64,000 bases of DNA, from assembly GCF_009914755.1 (NCBI RefSeq), contig NC_060925.1. The stretch is one strand, 5' to 3'. This stretch comes from the human T2T-CHM13v2.0 reference genome, Homo sapiens. Shown one piece after another: positions 45,416-64,000 of the stretch (its first letter is position 1; each line of letters begins with the position of its first letter). Position numbers and translations under genes: made by a program. Under the pieces are notes generated by a model. That model did not search any database and was not told the origin of the DNA. It worked only from the letters and a program-made list of their open reading frames with translations.

Positions 45416-47891
45416 TGTATTAGTCCATTTTCCATTAGTCCATTAGTCCATTTTCACACTGCTATAAAGAAATACCTGAGATTGGGTAATTTATAAAGAA
45501 AAGAGCTTTAATTAACTCACAGTTTCACATGGCTGGGGACACCTCGGGAAACTTACAATCATGGCAGAAGGTTAAGGGAAAGCAAGGCATGTCTTACATG
45601 GCAGCAGGAGAGAAAGAGTGTGTAAATGCCACACTTTTAAACCATCAGATCTCATGAGAATGAACTTACTATCATGAGAACAGCTTGGGGGAACCACCCC
45701 CATGATCCAATCAGCTCCCACCAGGTACCTTCCTCCACATGTGAGGATTACAATTTGAGATGAGATTCGGGTGGGGACACAGAGCCAAGCCATATCATTC
45801 CAACCCTGGCCCCTCCCAGATCTCTTGTCCTTCTCACATTTCAAAACACAATCATGCCTTCCCAACAGAACCCCAAAGTCTTAACTCATTCCAGCATTAA
45901 CCCAAAAGTCCAAGTCCAAAGTCTTATCTGAGACAAGCCTTCCATCTATGAGCCTATAAAATAAAAAACAAGTTAGTTACTTCCAAGATACAATGGGGGT
46001 ACAGGCATTGGGTAAATGCTCCCCTTCCAAATGGGAAAAATTTGCCAAAACAAAGAGGCTGCAAGGCCCATGCAAATCTGAAACCCAGTGGAGCAGTCAT
46101 TAAATGTTAAAGCTCCAAAATAATCTCCTTTGACTCCATGTCTCACATCCAAGCTACACTGATGCAAGGGGTGGACTCCCAAAGTTCTGGGCAGCTCCAC
46201 CCCTGTGGTTCTGCAGGGTACAGCCCCTGTGGCTGTTTTCATGGGCTGGCGTTGAGTGCCTGGGGCTTTTCCAAGTGCACGGTGCAAGCTGTTGGTGGAT
46301 CTACCATTCTGGGGTCTAGAGAATGGTGGCCCTCTTCTTACAGCTCCACTACCCAGTGCCCCGGTGGGGACTCTGTGTGGGGGCTCCAACCTCACATTTC
46401 TCCTCTGTACTGCCTTAGTAGAGGTTCTCCATGAGGGCTCCACCTCCACAGCAGACTTCTGCTTGGACTTCCAGGCATTTCCACACATCCTCTGAAATCT
46501 AGGCAGAGCCTCCCAAAGCTCAACTCTTGTCTTCTGTGCACCTGCAGACTTAACACCACATGGAAGCTGCCAAGGTGTGGGGCTTGCACCCTCTGAAGCA
46601 ATGGTCTGAGCTGTACCTTGACCCCTTTTAGCCATGGGTGGAGCTGAAGCAACAGCAATACAGGTCACCCCGTCTTGAGGCTGCACAGAGCAGTGGGGCT
46701 CTGAGCCTGGCCCACAAAACCATTTTTTCCTCCTAGATATCCAGGCTTGTGATGGGAGAGGCTTCCTTGAAGATCTCTGAAATGGCCTGGAGTCATTTTC
46801 CCCATTGTCTTGGCAATATTTAGCTCCTCATTACTTAAGAAGATTTCTGCAGCGAGCTTGAATTTCTCCCCATAAAATGGGTTTTTCTTTTCTACCACAT
46901 GGCCAAGCTGCAATTTTTTTTTAACTTTTATGCTCTGCTTCCCTTTTAAACATAAGTTCCAATTTCAGATCATCTCTTTGTGAATGCATATGACTGTACA
47001 CTTTCACAAAAGCCAGATCACCTCTTGAATCCTTAAAAATTTCTTCTCTCAGAGACCCTAAATCATCTCTCTCAACTTCAAAGTTCCACAGATCTCTGGG
47101 GTGGGGGCAAAATGCCACTGGTCTCTTTGCTAAAACATACAAGATACTCTAGTTTCCAATAAGTTTCTCATCTCCATCTGAGACCACCTGAGCTTGCACT
47201 TCATTGTCCATATCACTATCAGCATTTTAGTCAAAACCATTTGACAAGTCTGTAGGAAGTTCCAAACTTTCTCACATCTTCCTGTCTTCTGATTCCTCCA
47301 AACTGTTCTAACCTCTGCCCATTACCCAGTTCCAAAGTCACTTCCACATTTTCAGGTTATCTTTATAGTAGTACCCCACTATTCTGATACCAGTTTTCTG
47401 TTATTAGTCCATTTTCACAGTGCTATAAAAACTGTGAGTCAATTAAACCTCTTTTCCTTATAAATTACACAGTCTTAGGGCTGGTGTGAGTGCCTGAGGC
47501 TTTTCCAGGTGAAGGTGCAAGGGCTGTCGCTGGATCTACCATTCTGGGGTCTGGAGAATGGTGACAGTTGCAGGGTAATTTATAAAGAAAAGAGGTTTAA
47601 TTGACTCACAGTTCCACATGGCTTGGGAGGCCTCAGGAAAATTACAATTCTTATGATTATGGCAGAAGGGGAAGCAAGTCATGTCTTACATGGTGGTGGG
47701 AGACAAGAGAGCAAGAGGGGAAGTGTCACACTTTTAAACGATCAGATCTCATGAGAACTCACTATCATGAGAACAGCATGGGTGAAACCATCCCCATGAC
47801 CCAATCACCTCCCACCAGGTTGCTCCTTTGACATACAGGAATTACAATTCAAGATGAAGCCTGGATGGGGATACGGAGCCAAACTGTAACA
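45416..47891 (-). mobile_element. Full-length MST-type MaLR provirus
   Basis: LTRs 45416-45797 and 47399-47891, MaLR internal region, TSD TATCT/TAGCT. Confidence 0.88.
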
Positions 47892-48292
47892 TAGCTCTAA
47901 AAGATAAGGGCTATTTTTTGGAACAGAACCACAATACCATGATCACACCTAAAAATTGACAGTGACTCCTTAATATCATCAAATACCCAATCATTGTTCA
48001 CATTTCCCCAATTGTCTCAAAAATGTCTTTATAGTTTATTTGTTCAAATCAGTACCCAAATAGAGTCCATTGCATTTGGTTAATTAAGTTCTTAAGTAAA
48101 TTGAAGATTATGGATTCCTTTGTTCCCTTTTTCCTCTAGTATTCATTGAGAAATCAGATGTTTGTAACTATAAACAGAATTTACTTTTTTTAAAGAAAAA
48201 GTAAATAAAAGTAGAAAGCATTAGACTGTTGTCGAATCCAGTTTCCTTCCATTTTTTTATTTTTTTTCTTTTCCAATTCTGGGGCTATATAG

Positions 48293-48493
48293 ATGATTTC
48301 ACATCAAGAGAACCATGCAAAGTGGAAGATTTCTGCTGACTCTCAAAAGTCTTCTGTTCAGCAACTAAACGAACAGTTAGAGAAGGCAAAATTGGAATTA
48401 GAAGAAGCTCAGGATACTGTAAGCAATTTGCATCAACAAGTCCAAGATAGGAATGAAGTAATTGAAGCTGCAAATGAAGCATTACTTACTAAA
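48293..48493 (+). CDS. CCDC18: CCDC18 exon (MISHQENH...ALLTK)
   Basis: atag acceptor, gtaagt donor; 201 nt; ORF 48293..48547. Confidence 0.92.
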
Positions 48494-48812
48494 GTAAGTA
48501 AACATATAAAAGTAATAAAGCATATCTATGAAAACATAAATGTCTGACTTATTTACCTGTCTTAGTAGTTTATAGAGGACTATATGACCAAATATTGGCC
48601 TGTTTGAATAAAAACCATTTGATTTAGAAGATGTTGAATTTAGGAAATTATTAAGATGATGTACATCTTATTACCGTAGAAGATATAATTTATAAATGTT
48701 CAAATATAAACTCATCTAATCATAATGTTTAGAGGGTTTTATACTTGATGTACCTAAAAAAAGGTAGAAACATTTTTCAAAATCAGCAAAGTTCTTTTAA
48801 AATCATAAAGTA

Positions 48813-48885
48813 GGCCGGGCGTGGTGGCTCACTCCTGTATTCCCAGCACTTCAGGAGGCCGAGGTGGGCAGATCACTTGAGGTCA
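48813..48885 (+). mobile_element. Alu 5' fragment (73 bp)
   Basis: GGCCGGGCGTGGTGGCTCAC...GAGGTCA, then an abrupt end. Confidence 0.85.
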
Positions 48886-49239
48886 ACAAGGGCAAAGACA
48901 ATTTTTTGAGAGCCATGAAGGCATCATTATATTATGGCTCACTACAATTACGTTCACAACAGTGACCTTCTTTGAGTCTTAAGAAAAAGTTGAATTAATT
49001 TAATGTATTCAGTGTACTATATTTAATTGTAAAAGTTATGTGTTAAACTGTAACTTAAATAAAATCCTACTTATATGAGATACCACATATCAATTATGGC
49101 TAGATAATGCAGAATAGGAAAAAGAAAAAGACTGCAGCTGTGTACAGTCCTATTCTGTGCCAACTCTACAACTGTTTTGTTAATTGTGATTTTAAGAATG
49201 TGAATGTAGGATTTACAACAAAAAATTGGCACTCTAGCC

Positions 49240-53013
<3,774 letters not shown>

Positions 53014-53882
53014 TTTTTAAAAAATCATATAAATCAATTTTAGATGAAGTAGTAAAAAAAAAAAAAAAGGAAAATACCAAAATATGCGTGTTAAACTTTT
53101 ATTTTGTAATGCATTCTGTGGTTATGACAGTTTTAGTTATGAACACAGTATTTTTGAAAGCTACTTTAAGAATAGAAACTATCAGAGTAAAACTGACAGG
53201 ATTTAGAAATATATATCTTATGGATACCTTTAAGAAAAGGCAAATGTATTTGAAGAGGAGACTACTATACTTACATTATTAAGCTTTTGAAATTAAAATA
53301 TCATCTCTTTTTTTAGGCTTTTTGGTTTTTTAGTGTATGTAGTCTCATTCCTAGGATCCCAAAGTTCAGTCAGAGGACCCAAATGAAAGACATGAAAAAA
53401 ATTGAAATGAAAAGTTTATTTAACAAGGATTGATTTATTAAAAATTTATCACTTTAAGTTTTTGAAAAATTTCTAATGCACTAAAGCTTTCTTGTAATGA
53501 GAACACAAAAAGCAGAATAGCTTATCTATTTATTCCCTACTGGAAATTCTGAAAGGGGTCTTTTTGTGTCTATATGTGTTAGATTAACAAAAGATAGCGT
53601 ACCTCTACATCTTTGCAGAGAAATTTTTAGGTGTAAGATTTCAATCTTGAATAGAAATTGATATTGTCATTAACACCAAAAATATATATATAAGGAGAAT
53701 CTAGTTTTAATGGAATTTCTTAGAATAAGCATATTTCAAAGGAATATGTGTAATTTTCCCAAAGTGAACCTATCTTAAGTAAAGGTTTTAAACAGAGCTT
53801 GGAAAACTCTCAAGAATTATAAACAGAATTCCTATAGTGGGACAAAGGTTGACTTTCTAAAAGTCTATGATTTTCTAAGGAG

Positions 53883-53926
53883 TTCATTCATTTAACAAAA
53901 ATGTATTGAGCACCTACTATGTACCA
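53883..53926 (-). mobile_element. L2 3' tail remnant
   Basis: ttcattcatttaacaaaaatgtattgagcacctactatgtacca, the characteristic antisense L2 end. Confidence 0.7.
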
Positions 53927-53938
53927 ATTTATCTGCAG

Positions 53939-54406
53939 GAATCAGAATTAACCAGATTACAGGCCAAAATTTCTGGACATGAAAAGGCAGAAGACATCAA
54001 GTTTCTGCCAGCCCCATTTACATCTCCAACAGAAATTATGCCTGATGTTCAAGATCCAAAATTTGCTAAATGTTTTCACACATCTTTTTCCAAGTGTACA
54101 AAATTACGTCGCTCTATTAGTGCCAGTGATCTTACTTTCAAAATTCATGGTGATGAAGATCTTTCTGAAGAATTACTACAGGACTTAAAGAAAATGCAAT
54201 TAGAACAGCCTTCAACATTAGAAGAAAGCCATAAGAATCTGACTTACACCCAGCCAGACTCATTTAAACCTCTCACATATAACCTAGAAGCTGATAGTTC
54301 TGAGAATAATGACTTTAACACGCTTAGTGGGATGCTAAGATACATAAACAAAGAAGTAAGACTATTAAAAAAGTCTTCTATGCAAACAGGTGCTGGTTTA
54401 AATCAG
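53939..54406 (+). CDS. CCDC18: CCDC18 penultimate exon (ESELTRLQ...AGLNQ), largely non-coiled-coil tail
   Basis: gcag acceptor, gtatgt donor; 468 nt, phase 0/0; ORF 53906..54547. Confidence 0.9.
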
Positions 54407-55145
54407 GTATGTATTTTATACACTGTAAACTGTAATAATTTGTTTCCAAAGAATATCATTTTATTACTTGGAAGAAAATTCATATATTTAAATGAAAAAC
54501 TACTAATATTTGAAGAAGGAAGATTTTACATTTTATACATTAAGTAAAATCAATACCAAAAGACATTTTCTCTATTGCATGGTGTGAGACAATACGGGGA
54601 AAGAGAGAGGCAGAGGGAGACAGAACAGGAAGTAGAACGAAAAATAGGAAGATAGACATGAAAGTGCTTAAAAATAAAAAAATTAAAAAACTGAAAAAAA
54701 GAAAAATGGTAAGAAATATGCAGTGAGAGGAATCCAGAGAAAGTAGGTTCTGAGGTGAATGTTCTCATAACTTCGTCATAATTTACTGTTCATTTGGGCT
54801 CTGTATGTCAAAATAAGTTATTGCTGGCTATCACTGATCCTTGGAAAGTTGATTTACTGAATTAGCCATTATTTAAAAGCATGAATAAGGCCAACTGTCC
54901 TCATCCTTATAATTTTTCACCCTAAAATATTTATATTCATCTTTCCTTCTTTTGTCCCTTTTCTCTTTAAAAGAAAGATATATCCCTCTTCTTTTTTAGA
55001 GAGAAATTCTTGAACATGTACTTTCAAGCCTTTAATATGCTTGCCTGTTTTGCTTCTCTGCTTCCTGATTTAATCTGTATCTTCAGGCTTCTTTATTTCC
55101 CTCTTCCTTTCATTTCCAGACATCTTAAATTCATACCCACTCTAA

Positions 55146-55267
55146 GCTGGGTGCAGTGGCACATGCCTGCAATCCCAGCTATCCAGGAGGCTGAGGCAGG
55201 AGGATTATTTGAGCCCAGGAGTTTGAGACAAGTATGGGCAACATGGAGACCCCATCTCAAAAAAAAT
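55146..55267 (+). mobile_element. FLAM-like Alu monomer
   Basis: single arm with A tail. Confidence 0.8.
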
Positions 55268-56039
55268 TTTTATTCATTCTATTTCTCCATTGTTGCTACC
55301 TCCTTACTACCCTTCCCACTTTGTAACTTACTGTATTTGTCTCTTGAATATTAAATTTACTGTTTTCTTGAAAGTCACAAAAAACTCTTTGTATAATAAA
55401 CAAATTTAGTATCCTCTTTTTCTTCAGCTTTTGTAGATTTAACTGTCCATTCCCCCTTTTGATATTTTCTCTTCTCTTGACTTTTATGATTTAATATTTT
55501 TCTGGTCCTCTTCTTATTTTGAACTAATTACTTTCTCACTTTTCTGCTCCTCGTATTCCTTATGTTCCACAATATAGGATTTAATCTGTAGTTTGAGAAT
55601 GGAAATAATCTCCTTTAGATAATGTCAGCTTTTTAAAAAATGCCTAACATCATTTTCAAACACATCAAGATAGCTTTGGTGGCCTGAACAGTTAAAAACT
55701 ATTTTTTTGGAATAGATCCAAGACAAAGAAAAATTGTTGAGTGAGTTTTTCTTCATAATACTTATTTTTGCTGGCTTAAGTATATGTCTATCTACTTGTT
55801 TATTGATTGTCTCCCCCACTGAAAATGTAAGCTCTGTGTGGAGAGGGTATGGTCATTTCGCTTATTTCTATATTTCTAGTGCCTGGTATATAGTAGATGC
55901 TGAATGAATATTTATGAATGTATCAAGTGGCTAAATAAATTATATACAGTAAACACAACTGTAGTTTTAAATGCTAGATTTCATCAGGCTGTGCTGGCCA
56001 AAATTTCACTTTTAGCATATTACTTTTAGCACCCAAGAA

Positions 56040-57120
<1,081 letters not shown>

Positions 57121-57124
57121 AGAT

Positions 57125-57307
57125 AGTTCTGTCATGTGGAACAACCGTGCAAGATACAGGACATCTGGCATCATTTGTTTCTGCCTGTTGTATATCAGCA
57201 GCAGCATGTCCCTTTCTCCCCTATCACAATGACAAACAAAAAGTACCATCACAAATTTCTAGAATGTTCTGTAGAGGATGGTACTGCACCCTTTAAGAAC
57301 CTCTGCT
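57125..57307. mobile_element. MER20-like hAT-Charlie fragment
   Basis: tgacaaacaaaaag...ttaagaacctctg resembles the MER20 end. Confidence 0.45.
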
Positions 57308-57414
57308 CTACTCCAGTGACCCTTGCAGTCATAGATATGCAAGACTCTCTTTTTGGTAAAAATCGCACCTAATTTATGCAGGATAAATTTGATAAGTACA
57401 GTGACAGACTGTGA

Positions 57415-57612
57415 TCATAACAATACATAGCCTTTACTGTATGTCAAGCAAATCCTTTACATAAATTAACTCATTTAATCCTTATAACAACCCCCTGATA
57501 GGTACTATTATCTGAATAGTACCAAATAATAGTACCTAATAGTTCTACTGTAGTGGGTACTATTATTATCCTTATGATATGAGGAAACTGAGTCCCTGCT
57601 CTTAACCACTAT
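57415..57612 (-). mobile_element. MIR with internal fold-back insertion
   Basis: taactcatttaatccttataacaacc...gaggaaactgag. Confidence 0.65.
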
Positions 57613-57715
57613 ATATAATCTTTACATAATTGTATTGGTATTTTCTTCAGTATGTCTAATTACATAGTTTGGTCTTGCAGTTGCTTAGCCAATTAAGGAT
57701 TAAGAGTAGGAGTTA

Positions 57716-58010
<295 letters not shown>

Positions 58011-58154
58011 AGTAGGAGTTAAAAGTTACTACATAACAGATAGAATAATTTCTTACTCTGTAGGTTTTTGCAATATATATTTGAATTTTTCAAGTCATTT
58101 CACCTATTCAATTATCATTGAAGATCAATGCCAAATTAAAATATTCAAAATACT

Positions 58155-58434
58155 GGCCGGGCAAGGTGCCTCACACCTTTAATCCCAACACTTTGGGAGG
58201 CCAAGCAGGAGGATTACTTGAGACTAGGATTTCAAGGACAGCCTGGGCAACATAGCAAGACCCGATCTCTACAGAAAAATAAAATGAAAAACTAGCTGGG
58301 CATGGTGGCGCACATCTGTAGTCCTAGCTACTTGGAAGCTGAGGTGGGAGGATTGCTTGAGCCCGGTTCGAGGCTGCAGTGAGCTATTATCATGCAATGC
58401 AGCAAGAACCCATCTCTAAACAAAACAAACAAAC
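58155..58434 (+). mobile_element. AluJ-like
   Basis: diverged dimer. Confidence 0.85.
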
Positions 58435-58706
58435 GTAGCCTATTGTTAAACTTAAAGATTGGATTCTTAAAATCCTATCAAAGTTATATTCTGTATAAAC
58501 ATAGTTTTCTTGATTGTCAATGATACTCTACTGAGTTTTAAATGCATTGACCACTGTCAATACTCATAACTTTAAGCTCACATGGAACTCCTACAGCGCA
58601 TGAGCCTCAGTTGCATTACCTGTGGTAGTGACCACCTCATAGTCATTTATATGTATGTTGCATTAATAAATATATACTACTCTGTAAAATTTAATGAAAG
58701 AGATGT

Positions 58707-59000
58707 ATTTTTATTTTTTTGAGGCAGAGTCTTGTGCTGTCACCCAGGCTGGAGTGTAGTGGCACGAGAGCTCACTGCAACCTCCGCTTCCCAGGTTCAA
58801 GCAATTCTCATACCTCAGCCCCCTAAGTAGCTGGGATTACAGGCGTGTGTCACCATGCCTGGCTAATTTTTGCATTTTTTAGTAGAGATGGGGTTTCACC
58901 ATGTTGGCCAAGCTGGTCTCAAACTCCTGGCCCCAAGTGATCTACCCACCTTGGCCTCCCAAAGTGCTGAGATGACAGGCGTGAGCCACCGCACCTGGCC
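58707..59000 (-). mobile_element. AluS
   Basis: TSD TGAAAGAGA. Confidence 0.9.
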
Positions 59001-60373
59001 TGAAAGAGACATTTTAAATTGGGATGTAGAGCCATGATCTGTAGCCTAGTTCAGGTCCTCGGCTTATTTCACCTGCCACTTAAGTATGACATTGCATTGG
59101 TCTCCTATTTAAAAGCAGGATTTTAAAACTCTTTTAAACCAAATAAATTATTATTTAAATAAAGAAATCCAGTATGTCAAATAGATTCAAAGGTAGTTTA
59201 TCTGATTGGGGGTAGGATATGTCTGACCTTTACCCAGTTACTTAAATCTACTCATGGCTGCTCATGCAAAAGCTCCAGAGCAGCCCTGGATTAATCATTA
59301 AGGAAAATAAGCAGGAGCATAGGGGACTAAGGGGAATGCCACAGAGTTGTTTGCCCTAGCTATCATCCTCTTAATTCGTTCACTGCCACACTTGACTTTA
59401 GTAGAATTTTTAGTAACTGTCTTTATCTGCCAGTTCAAATTTAATCTGCACTATTAAAAAATCATTTTCTTTGGTATGATGAGTGACAAAAGTTTAAAAG
59501 TTTGATTTGAAAGTGTCATCAGGTATTACATTTGTTTCTTTACACATGGTGTGAGTTTCAAAACCAGCTACCTGGGTCTGGATAGCATTTGACTCATCAG
59601 CTGATTCGTCTAAAGGACTCTTAAGCAATTTTTTAAAGCAGTGGTAGGGCCAGGAGGCGCCATTGTTGGGCTGTGCAGAGGGTATCAGCTGGCCTAAATC
59701 CAGCTCTGCTTCAGAAAAGTGCAGTTTTAAAGTCCACTGGTACAATGAAAAGAATGTGGAAACCGATACATGAGAAGTGTTTAATAAGTGTTAGCTCCCT
59801 TGTGTTGCAGCCCAAATACTATTTTCCTAATGGTTAAGTACGTTGGCACTTCCATTGAGAGTAAAGCCTCTTAACACTGAAGTATTCTGCTTTCAGACTA
59901 ACAAAAGCTTCAGAACTCAAAAAATTACACCTGTACACAATTTAGAACACAATATCAGCAAGTTCAGAGACTTCATATTAACTCCTATTCTAATCCTGTT
60001 TTGGATTAGAGCAGTGGAAGTGTTGTGAATACTGATTAATTAGCTAATTCACCATTTATTAGGAATTTATAAAAAGTTATTACTTCTATTTCTCTTATTT
60101 GTAAGTAGTTTTCAAGATATGGTACATATATCATGCAGTAAGATGAAAAATAAGAAATTAGGAAATTAGCTATAGGGAAAACAAAGATGAAAAAAAAATG
60201 TTAAACCAGGAGTACAGGTAATACCTAGAGACATGATAATATTTTCAAATTCACACCCTCAGTAAAGATGAAGGTATGACAAGAAAATTTGGCCCATATT
60301 TTTTTAAATCCCCTGGGCCTTTTTCCTCTATTTTTCTACTTTATGTTAAACTGCTTTTATATGCAAATAATTG

Positions 60374-61341
60374 TGTAGGGGTGGGTTGCCCCTACACACC
60401 TGTGGGTGTTTCTCGTAAGGTGGGACAAGAGATTTGGAAAAGAAAAAGACACAGAGACAAAGTATAGAGAAAGAAATAAGGGGACCCGGGGAACCAGGGT
60501 TCAGCATATGGAGGATCCCGCCAGCCTCTGAGTTCCCTTAGTATTTATTGATCATCTGTGGGTGTTTCTCAAAGAGGGGGATGTGTCAGGGTCACAAGAC
60601 AATTGTGGGGAGAGGGTCAGCAGACAAACACGTGAACAAAGGTCTTTGCATCATAGACAATGTAAAGGATTAAGTGCTGTGCTTTTAGATATGCATACAC
60701 ATAAACATCTCAATGCTTTACAAAGCAGTATTGCTGCCCGCAGGTCCCACCTCCAGCCCTAAGGCGGTTTTTCCCTATCTCAGTAGATGGAGCATACAAT
60801 CGGGTTTTATACCGAGACATTCCATTGCCCAGGGACAGGCAGGAGACAGATGCCTTCCTCTTGTCTCAACTGCAAGAGGCATTCCTTCCTCTTTTACTAA
60901 TCCTCCTCAGCACAGACCCTTTACGGGTGTCGGGCTGGGGGACGGTCAGGTCTTTCCCTTCCCACGAGGCCATATTTCAGACTATCACATGGGGAGAAAC
61001 CTTGGACAATACCTGGCTTTCCTAGGCAGAGGTCCCTGCGGCCTTCCGCAGTTTTTGTGTCCCTGGGTACTTGAGATTAGGGAGTGGTGATGACTCTTAA
61101 GGAGCATGCTGCCCTCAAGCATCTGTTTAACAAAGCACATCTTGCACCTCCCTCAATCCATTTAACTCTGAGTTGACACAGCACACGTTTCAGAGAGCAC
61201 GGGGTTGGGGGTAAGGTTATAGATTAACAGAATCTCAAGGCAGAAGAATTTTTCTTAGTACATAACAAAATGGAGTCTCCTATGTCTACTTCTTTCTACA
61301 CAGACACAGTAACAATCTGATCTCTCTTGCTTTTCCCCACA
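60374..61341 (-). mobile_element. HERV-K(HML-2) LTR5_Hs solo LTR
   Basis: 968 bp; minus strand begins TGTGGGGAAAAGCAAGAGAG and ends CCCACCCCTACA; perfect 6-bp TSD TAATTG (60368-60373, 61342-61347). Confidence 0.95.
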
Positions 61342-61557
61342 TAATTGTCTTTTGTCTCTGTCTGCTCTTTTTTTCTTCTTTTAATCTTCCTTTTTCATTG
61401 ATTTTTTCATGTAGCTATTCATCATCCTTGTTTATTGTGCTCTCAAACTATAACATGACACTGATGCCAAAATGTTATATTTATGTTCCTTTTTTCGAGT
61501 TTTAAAATTAGTTTAACCCCATATTCACACCCACCTCATCAAGCCAGAATTATTTGC

Positions 61558-61880
61558 TTTTATTTTTTATTTTATTTATTTTATTTTATTTTTTTGAGAT
61601 GGAGTTACCCTCTTGTCTCCCAGGCTGGAGTGCAGTGGTGCGATCTCGGCTCCCTGCAACCTCCCCCTCCAAGGTTCAAGTGATTCTCCTGCCTTAGCCT
61701 CCTGACTAGCTGGGATTACAGACGCTCGCCACCACACCCAGCTAATTTTTGTATGTTTTAGTAGAGACAGGGTTTCACCATGTTGGCCAGGCTGGTCTCA
61801 AACTCCTGACCTCAGGTGATCCATGCACCTCGGCCTCCCAAAATGCTGGGATTACAGGCAGTGAGCCACTGCACCCGGCC
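61558..61880 (-). mobile_element. AluS
   Basis: dimer with (TTTTA)n tail. Confidence 0.9.
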
Positions 61881-62054
61881 TGCATTTTATATTCATGTGG
61901 TTCATTATTGACTTTTTATGATTCATATTTTTCAGTAGACTAAATATTTCTCACTCTCGCTTTAAATTATACTCCTGTTATTATGGTAGACTTTTAATGC
62001 TAAATCAGTTTAGGAATATTTCAAATATTAATCTATTATTTTGCATTATTCTAG

Positions 62055-62069
62055 GGAGAAAATGTGTAA
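62055..62069 (+). CDS. CCDC18: CCDC18 last coding segment (GENV-stop)
   Basis: ctag|GGA GAA AAT GTG TAA; matches recalled CCDC18 C-terminus. Confidence 0.88.
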   Translation, partial: GENV

Positions 62070-62173
62070 TTCAAAGAAGATACTGATGTGTTGAAAAAAT
62101 GGAATTTTTGGTACTGTGCTGTTTACTTATTATATGTAGCTCATACTTCATAGAAGCTGTTATTTTGCTTTTG

Positions 62174-62179
62174 AATAAA
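62174..62179 (+). terminator. CCDC18: CCDC18 polyadenylation signal AATAAA (short 3' UTR)
   Basis: AATAAA about 105 nt after the stop, with T-rich sequence downstream. Confidence 0.7.
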
Positions 62180-62344
62180 TTTTATATTTCAATATTTTAA
62201 AAGAAAGCCCTTCTAAAACTTAATTATATTTTTAAAGAAAATTTATTATTTTATTTATTGTTTTTTGGCTTAAACTTGCTGCTTTCTTTTGCTTTTTATA
62301 TAAAAATCATTGTTAAAATGCATAAGTACATTGAGGAATGCAAA

Positions 62345-62774
<430 letters not shown>

Positions 62775-62992
62775 GAGGAATGTCAGTTCTTAATCAGACT
62801 ATTATTTGCTAATTTTTCTAGTATTACTTAATTTTTAAAATTAGTATAAATTTATAAGTCATTCTGCCACAGGTTTATAATTGTACTAATAATGGCTGAC
62901 TTTCATTGAGTCAGTTTACTGTTTATCAGTGACTATTCTAGGCAGTTGTATTAGTCTGTTCTCATGCTGCCAATAAAGACATACCCCAGACT

Positions 62993-63628
<636 letters not shown>

Positions 63629-64000
63629 AGAAAAGAGGTTTAATAGACTCACAGTTCCACATGGCTGGGAGGCCTCACAATCAATCATAGCAGAAGGCAA
63701 AGGAGGAGCAAAGTCAAGTTTTGCACAGCAGCAGGTAAGAGAGAGCATATGTGGGGGAACACCCCTTTATAAAACCTCAGATCTCATGAGACTTATTGAC
63801 TATCACAAGAACAGCATGGGAAAGACCCACCCTCATGATTCATATTTTTTGAGGATTTAAAGGAAAAGATGGCCATAATGAGTGAATAGATGGGGAGGAA
63901 TCTTAGACAAATACAAATCAATGAGTGGTACAAGGTAGAAACTTAGGGAGTCCCAATATTTTACAGGCAGGCAGAAAAGAAAATTGAGAATGGATGTTTA

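Overview
Primate (most likely human) genomic DNA. The window holds the 3' part of CCDC18 on the + strand: 17 coding exons from 226 to the stop at 62067-62069, splicing into one open frame of 882 codons that is mostly coiled coil and ends in GENV, followed by AATAAA at 62174. A processed RPL39 pseudogene lies just downstream on the - strand. The introns are repeat-rich: about 35 Alus, several L1s, L2/MIR, a Tigger7/MER44 transposon, complete THE1 and MST MaLR proviruses, and an intact 968-bp HERV-K LTR5_Hs solo LTR. Nearly all other ORF-track entries are repeat-derived. I see no new multi-gene system. The best leads are: (1) a candidate hidden 60-nt in-frame exon at 14353-14412 that starts with a recursive-splice motif, ends at a GC donor and encodes an NLS-like peptide; (2) an L1PB 3' transduction at 37548-37836; (3) a recent mosaic fold-back insertion at about 33113-33403, plus several smaller template-switch scars; (4) a GC-AG intron and unusual splice acceptors. 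Gene and repeat-subfamily names come from recognition, not database searches, and repeat boundaries are approximate unless target-site duplications (TSDs) are given.
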